Part shown: positions 31,403 to 44,288 of the stretch, one piece after another
Layout of the letters: every line of letters starts with the position of its first letter
Position numbering within the stretch: the first letter of the stretch is position 1
NCBI GenBank assembly: GCA_046331705.1
Contig: JAXLQJ010000012.1
Coordinates: forward strand, 62,001-126,000
DNA: 64,000 nt
DNA from: a bacterium
Lineage (GTDB): Bacteria > JADJOY01
Direction of reading: 5' to 3'
Translations under genes and position numbers: made by a program
Notes under the pieces: model-generated
Database searches by the model: none
What the model saw: the letters and a program-made list of their open reading frames with translations, nothing else
Told to the model about the DNA's origin: nothing

Positions 31403-32869
31403 GTGACCAACGCCCGTCCCGAGTCGCGCTCCGACGCGCTCGCGCCGCAAGCCGCGGCGAGCGCCGAGCGCCGCCGTCACCGCCGTCACGCGGTCGCGCT
31501 GATCGCGCGCGTCGGCGAGGCGCGCGAGGGTGGCCACCTGGGCGTGGTGACGTCGCTCTCGGGCGGCGGCGCTTTCGTTCAATCGGAGACGCTTCCCAGC
31601 GCTGGGGCGCAGCTCTGGCTGGAGTTCGGGCTGGCGGCGGGTCTGGGACGCTTTCACGGACGTGGGCGCGTGGTTCGCATCAATCGCCGGGACGGGGCCG
31701 AGATCGTCTACGGCTTCGGCATCGAGTTCGACGATCCCCCTGTCGATCTCGCGCTGCGCCTCGACGAGCTGGCCCATCGTCGGCCGGAGGTCGCGCGGCT
31801 CGACTCGCTCGGCTACCTGGACTGGCCGGTCCACCCGAACGAGGACGTCCCCGTGCCGGCCCAGAGCGTCGGCAGCCTCGAGCTGCGAACCGCCAAGGGA
31901 TGGAAGGAGCTGGCGGCGTCGCCGGCGCGCTCCGGTGGCGAGGGTCAGCACGCGTCGGTGCTGCTCCGGCTCGCGTTCCCGGCGATCGAGCGCGAGACGC
32001 GCCAACCGAGCCTGGTGCTCGGTTATCGCGGGCGGCTGCTCGGGCCACTGAGCGGAATCCCGCGCGACGAGCTGCTGGACGAGCTCCAGCCGGGCATTGC
32101 GCGCCCGACGCTCTGGGCGCGAGCCGTCGAGGCGCAGCTGCGCCTGATCGATCTGCTGGAATCGATCGAGTGGCGGCTCGAGCACCTCGGTGCCCAGCAT
32201 CGCGAGACGCTCAACTTCGCGCGGCAGATGGTGGCCGACGCGCGGCGGGGGCTGGTGGCGAAGCGGGAGGCCGCGGGTTCGATCGAGGCGCCCGGTGACG
32301 GCGCGCCGGGGTCGTCGCTCGCCAACCTGGATCGGCTGCTGGTGGCGCTCGACGCGCTGATCGGTGGATTGCTCGCCACCCTCGAGGCGCTCACGGCGCC
32401 GGCCGTCGAGTGGCGCCCCGCGAGTGCCGTGCGCCCGGAGCCGCGTGGGCCGTCGTTGCTGGGGACCGCGAGCGCGTGGCTGCACGCCGTGCAAGCCAAC
32501 GTGCAGGCGTGGTCGATTCAGCAGCGCGTGGCGGCGCTGACGCTGGCGGTGATCATCGGCGGGTCGGCAGGCTACGTCGCCTACGCGCCTTCGCAGGTGG
32601 CTGTCGTCAACGAGCGCGAGACGCTTCCCATCGACACCGAGTTGCTCAAGCGGCACGTGCCGGTTCAGGCCGTTCACGTCGAGGGCGGTCGCGTGGTGCT
32701 CGAGGTTCCGTCGAGCTGGACCGATGCGCCGATCGAGAGTCGCCGCGACGCGTTCATGGCGGCGTGCTGGTCGCTGGGAGCCGCGCGCTACACCGAGGCG
32801 GTGGTGCGCACGCCCAGCCATCGCGAGGTTGCGCGCTGGCACGGCGGCGTGGTCGAGATCCTGGGCTGA
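31403..32869 (+). CDS. PilZ-domain membrane protein
   Basis: ERRRHRR (RxxxR), SLSGGGAFV, GRVVR, GFGIEF; helical middle region; single TM near the C-terminus. Confidence 0.7.
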   Translation: MTNARPESRSDALAPQAAASAERRRHRRHAVALIARVGEAREGGHLGVVTSLSGGGAFVQSETLPSAGAQLWLEFGLAAGLGRFHGRGRVVRINRRDGAEIVYGFGIEFDDPPVDLALRLDELAHRRPEVARLDSLGYLDWPVHPNEDVPVPAQSVGSLELRTAKGWKELAASPARSGGEGQHASVLLRLAFPAIERETRQPSLVLGYRGRLLGPLSGIPRDELLDELQPGIARPTLWARAVEAQLRLIDLLESIEWRLEHLGAQHRETLNFARQMVADARRGLVAKREAAGSIEAPGDGAPGSSLANLDRLLVALDALIGGLLATLEALTAPAVEWRPASAVRPEPRGPSLLGTASAWLHAVQANVQAWSIQQRVAALTLAVIIGGSAGYVAYAPSQVAVVNERETLPIDTELLKRHVPVQAVHVEGGRVVLEVPSSWTDAPIESRRDAFMAACWSLGAARYTEAVVRTPSHREVARWHGGVVEILG

Positions 32870-32983
32870 CCAGGCGCTTGCGAGGGTCTCTCGCAGCGCG
32901 CGTTGGCCGCGCGGCGCTGGCGCGTGCTTCCCGACGCGAGTCGGATAGGCTTGGCGCGAAACCCCGACCCGGAGATCGAGACG

Positions 32984-33466
32984 ATGAAGCGCCTCGTTGT
33001 GTCGCTGCTGGTGTTGTCGTTCGGTGCCGCGAGCTGTAGCCACCTGCCGCTCTACGGCGAGGGGCAGAAGGAAGCCGCGGGAACCGTGATCGGAGCCGGT
33101 ACCGGCGCCCTCATCGGCTCGCAGATCGGCAAGGGCAAGGCGAACCTGGCCGCGGTCGCGATCGGCACGCTGGCGGGCGCGCTCATCGGTCAGCAGATCG
33201 GCGAGACGCTCGATCACGCCGACAAGCAGTACATGCAGCAGACCGCACAGACCACGCTCGAGAAGGCTCGCACCAACGAGACCTCGCAATGGGTGAATCC
33301 GGACAGCGGTCACTCGGGCACGATCACGCCCACCCGCACGTTCGAGGGGGAGCAGGGCCAGCCCTGCCGCGAGTACACCCAGACGGTGATGATCGGCGGG
33401 GAGCCGCAAGAAGCGCACGGGACCGCGTGCCGTCAGAGCGACGGCACGTGGCTCATCACGCACTGA
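32984..33466 (+). CDS. Glycine-zipper 17-kDa surface-antigen-type lipoprotein
   Basis: Lipobox AASC, GAGTGALIGSQIG, WVNPDSG, CREYTQTV, GTACRQSDGTW. Confidence 0.9.
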   Translation: MKRLVVSLLVLSFGAASCSHLPLYGEGQKEAAGTVIGAGTGALIGSQIGKGKANLAAVAIGTLAGALIGQQIGETLDHADKQYMQQTAQTTLEKARTNETSQWVNPDSGHSGTITPTRTFEGEQGQPCREYTQTVMIGGEPQEAHGTACRQSDGTWLITH

Positions 33467-33508
33467 GCGACTTCTCGCCGCGCGCGGCTCGAGCCGCCTG
33501 CTTCGGGC

Positions 33509-35050
33509 TCAGCCGCCCGAGCTTGGCGCGGGAGGGGCGCCGCCGGATTGGGGGCCGCTGCCGCCCCGACCGCGGCGCCGCCGCCGTCGTCGTTTCGGAT
33601 GCCCGGGCTCATTGGGGCCGGCGCCGGCTGGTCCGGCGCTAGGCTGCGGTGCCGCTGGGCGAGCGCCGCCGTAGGGTGCCGGGCGTGGGCCCCGCCCGGA
33701 CGATGCCGGCCCTCTCGACGGCTGGGACGGTTGCGGCCGGACCGGCGCCGGACGCGACGCCGGCGACGTCGATCGAGCGCCGCGCTCGGGCGGCCGGGCG
33801 GTACCGGTGGGCGCGCCAGCGCGCCGAGCCGCCTTTTCCTTGGCGCGCTCGCGCTCGACCGCCTTGCGTGCGCGGATCGCCGCGATCCGCTCGGCGAGCG
33901 GGATCTCGAGCTTCTCCTCGGCGCGCTGCGTGTAGTCGAATCCGGGCAGGCGCACTTCCGGCAGGCGCTTGCCGATGGCGCGCTCGATCCGCGCCAGATC
34001 CTCGCGTTCCTCGGAAGAAACGAAGGTGAAGGCTTCGCCCGTGGCTTCCGCTCGCGCCGTGCGGCCGACGCGGTGGATGTAGTCCTCGGGGAGGTGGGGC
34101 ACGTCGAAGTTGAGCACGTGGCCGAGCGACTCGACGTCGATGCCGCGGGCCACGATGTCGGTCGCGACCAGCACCCGGTGGCGGCCTTCCTTGAATCCCG
34201 CGAGCGCCTCGGTGCGCTGCGCCTGGCTGCGGTTGCCGTGGATGCGCGCGTTCGAGATTCCCTGGCGATCCAGGTAGTCGGCGAGGCGGTTGGCGCGGTG
34301 CTTGGTGCGGGTGAACGCGATCACCTGGCCGATCTCGTCGCGGCGCAGCAGCTCGGCGAACAGTGCCGCCTTGAGCTCGCCTGGAACCGGGTACACCGCC
34401 TGGGTGATGCCGACCGCCGGTGCCGCCTTGCGCTCCAGGTTCACCGCCACCGGATGATGAAGCATCTCGCGCGAGAGCTCGACGATCGGCGCCGGCATGG
34501 TGGCGCTGAAGAGCATGGTCTGGCGCTTCTGCGGCAGGTGCTTGAGCACGCGCCGGATGTCGGGGAGAAAGCCCATGTCGAGCATCCGGTCGGCTTCGTC
34601 CAGCACCAGCACCTCGAGGTGCTCGAGACGCGCGTAGGGCTGCTGGAAATGGTCGAGCAGCCGGCCCGGGGTCGCGGCGATCACGTCCACGCCGCTGCGG
34701 AACGCGTGCTCTTGCGGGGCCATGCCCACACCGCCGAAGACCGCGGCGCCGGTCACGCCGGTGTGCACGGCGAGCTCCTCGAGGTGCGCGTGGATCTGCG
34801 CCGCGAGCTCGCGGGTGGGGGCGAGCACCAGCGCCCGCGTCTTGCCGCGGGGCTTGGCGCGCAGCCGCTCGAGGATCGGCAGCAGAAACGCGGCGGTCTT
34901 GCCGCTGCCGGTCATCGCGCAGGCGAGCACGTCCTTGCCGGCGAGCGCCGGCGGGATCGCCTGCTCCTGGATCGGGGTCGGTTTGGCGAAGCCCAGCTCG
35001 TGCGTGGCGCGCACCAGGTCCGCGTGAAGGCCAAAGGTCGTGAAGGGCAT
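33509..35050 (-). CDS. rhlE: DEAD-box RNA helicase (RhlE-like)
   Basis: PTPIQ, TGSGKT, PTRELA, DEAD, SAT, ARGID, HRVGRTAR. Confidence 0.9.
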   Translation of the reverse strand: MPFTTFGLHADLVRATHELGFAKPTPIQEQAIPPALAGKDVLACAMTGSGKTAAFLLPILERLRAKPRGKTRALVLAPTRELAAQIHAHLEELAVHTGVTGAAVFGGVGMAPQEHAFRSGVDVIAATPGRLLDHFQQPYARLEHLEVLVLDEADRMLDMGFLPDIRRVLKHLPQKRQTMLFSATMPAPIVELSREMLHHPVAVNLERKAAPAVGITQAVYPVPGELKAALFAELLRRDEIGQVIAFTRTKHRANRLADYLDRQGISNARIHGNRSQAQRTEALAGFKEGRHRVLVATDIVARGIDVESLGHVLNFDVPHLPEDYIHRVGRTARAEATGEAFTFVSSEEREDLARIERAIGKRLPEVRLPGFDYTQRAEEKLEIPLAERIAAIRARKAVERERAKEKAARRAGAPTGTARPPERGARSTSPASRPAPVRPQPSQPSRGPASSGRGPRPAPYGGARPAAPQPSAGPAGAGPNEPGHPKRRRRRRRGRGGSGPQSGGAPPAPSSGG

Positions 35051-35154
35051 TCGAGCAAGCCTATCAGGCCCGCGAGCACGTCCATCGCTGCGCGTCGGCT
35101 GCACGGAATCTGCGCGGCGATCCACGACGCTGCATCCGGACGGGAGGCGTGCCG

Positions 35155-35673
35155 ATGAGACGGTCCACCCAGATCGCGATCGTGCTGGGCGGCTATCTCG
35201 GCGCCGTTCTCGCGGCGCTGGGCGCGACCGCGATCCGGATCGCGGTCACGAGCGGGCCCGATGCGGTGGCGTCGTCCGGCATGTACGCCGGCGGCGACAT
35301 GTTCTCGTTCTTGGGGGTGTTCGGGGCCGTGGCCCTCGTGCCGACCGGCGCGGCCTTGCGGTTCTTGCGCGATCGCCCGTGGTTCGGCCCAGCGCTCGGG
35401 GCGAGCGCTGGCGCGATCGCGATCACGGGGGTGGCCGCGGCCTGGGGATACCTCGTGTTCGCGCCGCGTGATGCGCCGCTCGGTGCCGTGATCGTCTCGA
35501 CACTCGCTGTGCTGCGATTGCTGGGATCGCCGCTGATGGCTGGCGCGCTCGCGCTCGTGGCGCTGGTCGCGCCAACGCGGGGCTCGCGACGAGCCGGGTG
35601 GATTGCGCTGGCCATCGAGGTCGGGGTGTGCGCCTTCGCCGGCTTTCGATTTCTCATCGAGCCACGGCTCTGA
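35155..35673 (+). CDS. Hypothetical membrane protein
   Basis: About five hydrophobic segments; SSGMYAGGD loop; GGGAGG upstream. Confidence 0.7.
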   Translation: MRRSTQIAIVLGGYLGAVLAALGATAIRIAVTSGPDAVASSGMYAGGDMFSFLGVFGAVALVPTGAALRFLRDRPWFGPALGASAGAIAITGVAAAWGYLVFAPRDAPLGAVIVSTLAVLRLLGSPLMAGALALVALVAPTRGSRRAGWIALAIEVGVCAFAGFRFLIEPRL

Positions 35674-35745
35674 GTGCCTCGACGCCGACCGCCGATTCGA
35701 CCCGCCGCGTCGGCTCGCTCGAGACCCGCTCCGCGGGCGCCGCGC

Positions 35746-36993
35746 TCAGCGGAGCCAGGCCGCGCTTTGCGTCGCCGCCAGGTGCACCAAATCGCCCTGC
35801 GCCAGCGACACGTCGACCAAGTGAAGCCCCCATCCTTTCCCGCCCAGGAACTCGCCCGGGTAGTCGTCGGCGCGGGGATCGCTCGGATCGGCGGCGATGC
35901 TCACTTGCAGATAGCTGGCACCCGCCGCGTTGGTGACGCACTCGCCGCGGATCTCACCGGGGACCGAGTAGAACGAGTGGCTCTTCGCCGCGCTGCGGTT
36001 CCGCGCTGGATCCGCGTACGGCCCTCCTTGCCCTCGCGCGATGAGGAGCGCTTCGAACACCGGCGCCTGAACGAAGGGCAGGTACGCATCGAGCGCCGCG
36101 GCGCCTCCGTCGGGCGATGCCGGATCGACGCACAGCGCCTGCATGCCCGGGTCGGCGGTGACGCCGAAGCGCGGATCGGCGAGATCGGGATCGCCTGCGC
36201 GGAAGCTCGAATAGGCGACGACGCAGCCGGTCTGTGAGGCGTCGCGGCAAGCCGGTGTGGTCGCGAACGTGCCGCCCACGTCCGCGCCCTCGGGAACCTC
36301 CACCAGCGTGCCGGGAACGTGCGCAGCGACGAGGCGCCGGGAGAGATACGCGTTCGTCTCGACTTCCTCGGCCACCAATCGCGTGAGGATCCGTGCGCCT
36401 TGCGAATGGCCGAGCAACAGGAAGCCGCGGCCGTGGTTCTCGTGAGCGATGTAGTGCTTGAAGGCGTCGAGCACGTCGCCGTACGCGATGGCCGAGGCTC
36501 GCTCCTGCAACTCGTCGGGAATCAGGGCGTCCGCGAAGAGCCCGAGCCCCAAGAGCACCAGCGTGCGTTGCCGATAGACGGGCGCGAACAATCGGCAGAC
36601 CGAGCCGTATCGCCCCGCCTGGATCAGCGTGGTGTCGGTCTCCTGCGGGCCCGGGTTCAGGTCGGCGTTCGCCGCGAGATCGAAGCTCACGGTCGGGTAC
36701 ACGTAGAAGCAATCGACGGGCGGGTCGACGGCGGGCTCGAAGCGCTCGGTGGTGGAGCTGCCATCGGCCTCGACGCGGATCGTGGTCTGATCGCCGTTGC
36801 ACGCGTTCGCCGATCCCGCGAGGTCGGGATGGCAGAGCCAGTGCGCCGTCCCGGAGTAGGTTTCGCTCTCGTAGCCGGCGTACGGGTTGGCGGCGGACGA
36901 CGAGCCGTCGCTTCCGCCGCAACCGACGGCCAGCGCCGCGAGCAGCGCGACGCCAGCGATCTCGCGCCCGAGCACCACGGTCCATCGCGTCAT
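35746..36993 (-). CDS. DUF3089-type alpha/beta-hydrolase lipoprotein
   Basis: WLCHP, DCFYVYPTVS, FAPVYRQ, GHSQG, WGLHLVD; lipobox AVGC. Confidence 0.88.
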   Translation of the reverse strand: MTRWTVVLGREIAGVALLAALAVGCGGSDGSSSAANPYAGYESETYSGTAHWLCHPDLAGSANACNGDQTTIRVEADGSSTTERFEPAVDPPVDCFYVYPTVSFDLAANADLNPGPQETDTTLIQAGRYGSVCRLFAPVYRQRTLVLLGLGLFADALIPDELQERASAIAYGDVLDAFKHYIAHENHGRGFLLLGHSQGARILTRLVAEEVETNAYLSRRLVAAHVPGTLVEVPEGADVGGTFATTPACRDASQTGCVVAYSSFRAGDPDLADPRFGVTADPGMQALCVDPASPDGGAAALDAYLPFVQAPVFEALLIARGQGGPYADPARNRSAAKSHSFYSVPGEIRGECVTNAAGASYLQVSIAADPSDPRADDYPGEFLGGKGWGLHLVDVSLAQGDLVHLAATQSAAWLR

Positions 36994-37372
36994 CGCGAGT
37001 CACCCTTCACCGCATCGCTGCCGATCGCGCGGCGAGCCGCTGGCGCTGGTCAGGACGCAGGCCGGTTTCATCGCGAGCGCGTCGTATGTGCCCGAGTGGG
37101 GCTGGGATCCGTCCGCGGCGTCGGGAGCTCGCCGTGCCGCTGCGGGGAGCGCCGTGGTCGGTGGACGGCTGCTTCACCCGGTGCCCCGACACCGTTCGTG
37201 CCAATCGAGGGCGCATGCTGCCAGAGACACGCGAATCCGCGCAACGCGCACGACGTCGCGCAGCGCGGACGCTCGCGAGCTTTCACTCCTCGCGCTTCGG
37301 CCGAGCATTCCAATCGCCCGCACGTGATCTAGCCTTTCGGATCGAGGCGATCTTCACCGCGAGAGGTCGAAC

Positions 37373-39244
37373 GTGACTCGGGCACCGAAGACGAGACGTG
37401 GTGCAGCGCGTGCGAGCCCGCCGTCGTGGGCGCTGCTCGCGGCGATCCTGGGCGTCTTCGCGTTCGCGCTCCACGCAAACGTTCTGGGCGCCGGCTTCGT
37501 GCTCGACGACGAGTATCAGGTGCAGCGCAACCCGTGGATTCGGGACTGGCGACATCTCCCGGAGATGTTCTCGTCCCACGTCTGGAACTTTCTGCCGAGC
37601 GCGCCGCCTTCGAACTACTACCGGCCGCTGATGCACGTGATCTACGCGGCCACGTTCCAGCTCTTCGGTCTGCGGGCTTGGGGGTTCCACCTCGTCAACC
37701 TCCTGCTGCACGCGGTGAACACGGTGCTCGTGTTCCTGTTCGCGCGCCGAATCGCCGCGGTGAGCGGTGAGCCGCACGCGAGCGACGACGAGCGGCTCGG
37801 AGGAGCATTCGCGTCCATGCCGTTCGTGGCGGGGCTGCTCTTCGCGAGCCATCCGGTTCACACGGAAGCGGTCGACTGGATCGCCTCGGTGCCCGAGCTC
37901 GCCTTCACCGCATTCGGCCTGATGGCGCTGCTCGTCCATGCGGCGTCGCCCCGTCGTCCGGTGCTCGCCGCGCTCTTTCTCTTCTGCGCGCTGCTCTCCA
38001 AGGAAACGGCGATCACGCTGCTCGGCGTGTGCTTCGCCTACGATCTCGCGTTCCCGCGGCGTCCGCGCTCGTATCGCGACTGGCTCGCGGCGTACCTGCC
38101 GCTGCTGGTGGCCACGGCGATCTACCTGGCGATTCGTCAGCGGGTGCTGTCTCACGGCCTGCTGCCGAGATCCCAAGCGCTCGCCGCGTTCGGGCCGTCG
38201 ATCCTCGATCCGCTGCGGCTCTTCTGCACGTATCTGCGCACGTTGGTGCTGCCCGATCGGCTGCACTTCTGGCACTCGTTCCGACCGCTCGACTCGCCGT
38301 TCTCGCTGGCGGGAATCACCTCCATCGCCGTGGCGGCGGCGTTCCTCGCAGCGCTGGCGCTCGCGTGGAAGCGGCACCGCGCGAGCTTCTTCGCGCTGGC
38401 GGCGCTGGCGATGCCGCTCGCGCCCACGTTTCTCATCGGAGCGCTGCCAGGAAAGCCGTTCGCGGAGCGCTACCTCTACTTTCCATCCGTCGGCTTCGTC
38501 GTCCTTGCCGCCTCGTGGCTGAGTCGGCTGCTGACCCTGCGCCGCGCGCGCGCCGCCGCGATCGCGGTCGCGGTCGCGACGCTCGGCCTCTATGCGGTCA
38601 CGACGGTGCGCCAGAACCGGGTCTGGCACGACTTCTACTCGCTCTACCTGCGATCGATGGACGAGTCGCCCGATGCTCCGGTGCCCTGCGACGACCTGGC
38701 GCACGCGCTCTTCGCCGAGGGCCGCGCGAAGGAGGCGATCGTCCAGCTCGGGGCCCAGGTGAAGCTCGACCCGAAGCGCGCCGATTGCCAGTCCGCGCTG
38801 GGCAGCGCGCTCCTCCTCGACGGTCGCGTGGAGGAGGCCATCGCGCATCTCGAGAGCGCGCTCGCGATCGATCCCGGCTCGCTCGCGTCGTACAACGACC
38901 TCGGCGTCGCGCTGCGCCGGAAGGGAGACGACGCGGCGGCGATCGAGCAGTACCGCAAGGCGCTGCGCCTCGCACCCGGCTATGCCGAGGCGCATTTCAG
39001 TCTGGGGTCGGCGCTCGCCGACCTCGGCCAGACCGCGGAGGCGCTGGCGGAATACCGCGCGGCGGTGCGCGCGCAGCCCGACAATGCGTATTACCGAGCG
39101 GTGCTCGGCATCGAGTGTGGCAAGCAGGGGCTGCTCGACGAGGCCATCGAGCAGTTCCGCGAGGCGATCCGGCTCGATCCCCGGGAGCCTGCCTACCGGC
39201 GCAACCTGGAGCGCGCGCAGGGGTTGAAAGCCCGCGGTGACTGA
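37373..39244 (+). CDS. TMTC-like multi-TM glycosyltransferase with TPR repeats
   Basis: FVLDD, YYRPL, HPVHTEAV.WI, SKE, AERYLYFPS, then several TPRs. Confidence 0.85.
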   Translation: MTRAPKTRRGAARASPPSWALLAAILGVFAFALHANVLGAGFVLDDEYQVQRNPWIRDWRHLPEMFSSHVWNFLPSAPPSNYYRPLMHVIYAATFQLFGLRAWGFHLVNLLLHAVNTVLVFLFARRIAAVSGEPHASDDERLGGAFASMPFVAGLLFASHPVHTEAVDWIASVPELAFTAFGLMALLVHAASPRRPVLAALFLFCALLSKETAITLLGVCFAYDLAFPRRPRSYRDWLAAYLPLLVATAIYLAIRQRVLSHGLLPRSQALAAFGPSILDPLRLFCTYLRTLVLPDRLHFWHSFRPLDSPFSLAGITSIAVAAAFLAALALAWKRHRASFFALAALAMPLAPTFLIGALPGKPFAERYLYFPSVGFVVLAASWLSRLLTLRRARAAAIAVAVATLGLYAVTTVRQNRVWHDFYSLYLRSMDESPDAPVPCDDLAHALFAEGRAKEAIVQLGAQVKLDPKRADCQSALGSALLLDGRVEEAIAHLESALAIDPGSLASYNDLGVALRRKGDDAAAIEQYRKALRLAPGYAEAHFSLGSALADLGQTAEALAEYRAAVRAQPDNAYYRAVLGIECGKQGLLDEAIEQFREAIRLDPREPAYRRNLERAQGLKARGD

Positions 39245-39326
39245 ACGGCGCCGCGCGCGGCGGTGGAGGACGGCGGGACGGCGACCCGCGGGGGCCTGCT
39301 CCCGTGAACGCTCGACCTGGAAGCCG

Positions 39327-40118
39327 TCAGCGCTCCCATGGCCGGAAGCCCATGCGGAACGCTGCGTAGAACGCCAGATACGCGCTGCAATGGAAGAGCA
39401 GATAGAGCATGGGGCCGCGCCACGAGTAGGCGACGGGACCGTTGCTGTCGCGATCGGCATCGTGGTTCTTGAGCCGGGCCCGGTACGCGAAGGTCGCGAC
39501 CAGCACCGCGCCGAGGCCGTCGAGGACGAAGTGCTGCTTCATCGTGGTGATCGAAAGCGCCACGGCCAGCACCACCGGCGCCGCGAGCCAGCCGTAGAGC
39601 GGTCGGGCTTTCCACGCCACCAGCGCCGCCAGTGTCGCGACCGACATGTGCAGCGACGGGAAGAGATTGGTGGGCGGATCCACGAAATACGTGAGCGCCA
39701 CGCCCCAGTTGTGGAACACGCTCAGGTCGAGATTCGAGAGATCGGGTCGCAAGCCCACCGAGCTGACCGGGAAGATCGCGAAGATCGCGAGGCTGATCCC
39801 GATCGTGAGGACGTATGCCTCGGCGGTGCGCCGAAAGAGCGTCGGGCAGCGCACCACGAAGAGCGGATAGAGCATCGAGGTGTAGACCCAGCTGTAGAGA
39901 TAGACGGTCCACGGCCAGAACGGGATGCGATCGTCGACGGGGAGCCGCAACGAGTGGGTGCGAGCATGGTCGGTGTTGAAGCCGACCAGGTTGTAGCCGA
40001 TGGCATCGAACGCGAGGACGCCCAGCGCGATCGCGATGCGGGAGCCCACGCCTTGGAGCGGGAGCGAAGCCTCGCTGCCGTCGTCGGCGTACGAGGTGAC
40101 GGTTTGGTCGTAGCTCAT
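39327..40118 (-). CDS. PAP2-superfamily membrane protein
   Basis: DPPTNLFPSLH and KQHFVLD motifs, multiple TMs; start uncertain (40118 or 40193). Confidence 0.8.
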   Translation of the reverse strand: MSYDQTVTSYADDGSEASLPLQGVGSRIAIALGVLAFDAIGYNLVGFNTDHARTHSLRLPVDDRIPFWPWTVYLYSWVYTSMLYPLFVVRCPTLFRRTAEAYVLTIGISLAIFAIFPVSSVGLRPDLSNLDLSVFHNWGVALTYFVDPPTNLFPSLHMSVATLAALVAWKARPLYGWLAAPVVLAVALSITTMKQHFVLDGLGAVLVATFAYRARLKNHDADRDSNGPVAYSWRGPMLYLLFHCSAYLAFYAAFRMGFRPWER

Positions 40119-40170
40119 CGGTGTCGTCGCGGTGGTTGGCGCGCGCGCGAATGCGAGGAGCGACGATTCA

Positions 40171-42867
<2,697 letters not shown>

Positions 42868-42963
42868 CGTCTCTGGCGCGTGGCGGAGGGCGTCGGCTCG
42901 GTGGGTCGGGTGAGGCAGGATCGCGGACGAGGGGGGGCGATCTCCGGGGTGCCGCGTCCGGCC

Positions 42964-43167
42964 TCAGTCGTCGGGTGGTGAGTCGTCGGCCGAGGTGTCG
43001 CCGTCGTCGCTCGCCTCGTCGGTGTCGGTGTCCTCGATGGGAGCGCCCTGGCCGGCGGGTCGCAGCTTCTTCTCTGCGTTGCGCCGCGCGCGTTCCGCGA
43101 GCTTGTCCTGCCGCTTCTGCTGGCGAGCCAGCTCTTTCTGCCGCTTGATGGCTCCGGGATTACGCAA
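42964..43167 (-). CDS. Small basic/acidic hypothetical protein
   Basis: KRQKELARQQKRQDK basic helix plus acidic tail; start uncertain (TTG). Confidence 0.55.
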   Translation of the reverse strand: MRNPGAIKRQKELARQQKRQDKLAERARRNAEKKLRPAGQGAPIEDTDTDEASDDGDTSADDSPPDD

Positions 43168-43256
43168 GTGGAGGCCTGGTCCCTTTCCGAGCCGAGCGAG
43201 TCGCCGGCTCGCTCCGAGTGTAGTCGAGACTACCCACCCGTGCCTTGGGTGCGAGC

Positions 43257-43670
<414 letters not shown>

Positions 43671-44144
43671 TCAGCGGCTGCGAGCGGCGCCGCGACGCGG
43701 CGCAGCGCGCGGTCTCACCGGCAACGCATCGCGCATCTCGGCTGGACGCACCACCAGATCGCGCAGGCGCGTACCGTCGAGCTCACGCAGGAATGCGGTG
43801 GTGGCGCGCTCGAGGAGGGGCGCCAGCCGGCACACCGAGGTGATCGGGCACGAGTTGGTCCGCTCGTCGAAGCACTCCACCAGATCGAGCTGCGACTCGA
43901 GATTGCGCACGATCTCGCCGACGGTGACGTCCCAGGTGCCGGGCAGGATCCGCACGCCGCCCTGTGCGCCGCGCTTCGCCTCGACGTAGCCGAGCTCGCA
44001 CAGGCGGTGCACGACCTTGAGCAGGTGATTCCACGAGACGTTGAAGAGCTGTGCGAGCTCTTCGGTCGTGACGTGCCCGTCCTCACGCGTGGCGAGGTAC
44101 ATGAGCACGCGCAACCCGTAGTCGGTGAACTGAGTCAATCGCAC
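43671..44144 (-). CDS. nsrR: Rrf2-family NO-sensing repressor NsrR
   Basis: MRLTQFTDYGLRVLMYLA, HLLKVV, RGAQGG, three Cys (VECF...CPI...CRL); divergent from the nirK cluster. Confidence 0.88.
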   Translation of the reverse strand: MRLTQFTDYGLRVLMYLATREDGHVTTEELAQLFNVSWNHLLKVVHRLCELGYVEAKRGAQGGVRILPGTWDVTVGEIVRNLESQLDLVECFDERTNSCPITSVCRLAPLLERATTAFLRELDGTRLRDLVVRPAEMRDALPVRPRAAPRRGAARSR

Positions 44145-44169
44145 GAGAACGACTTTCTCCTCATCGTCG

Positions 44170-44219
44170 TTGACAGCAAGGCCGCTGCGGCGTATTGTCG
44201 CATCTAAGATGCGACAATA
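44170..44219 (+). promoter_or_regulatory. Sigma70 promoter overlapped by a perfect 12-3-12 inverted repeat (likely NsrR operator)
   Basis: TTGACA (44170-75)-N17-TATTGT (44193-98); TATTGTCGCATC-TAA-GATGCGACAATA (44193-44219). Confidence 0.8.
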
Positions 44220-44288
44220 GATCTTCCGCCTCGAATTGCTCGGCGCTCGCGGCGATCGGGATCACGGGACTCTCTCTAACACGGAGGC

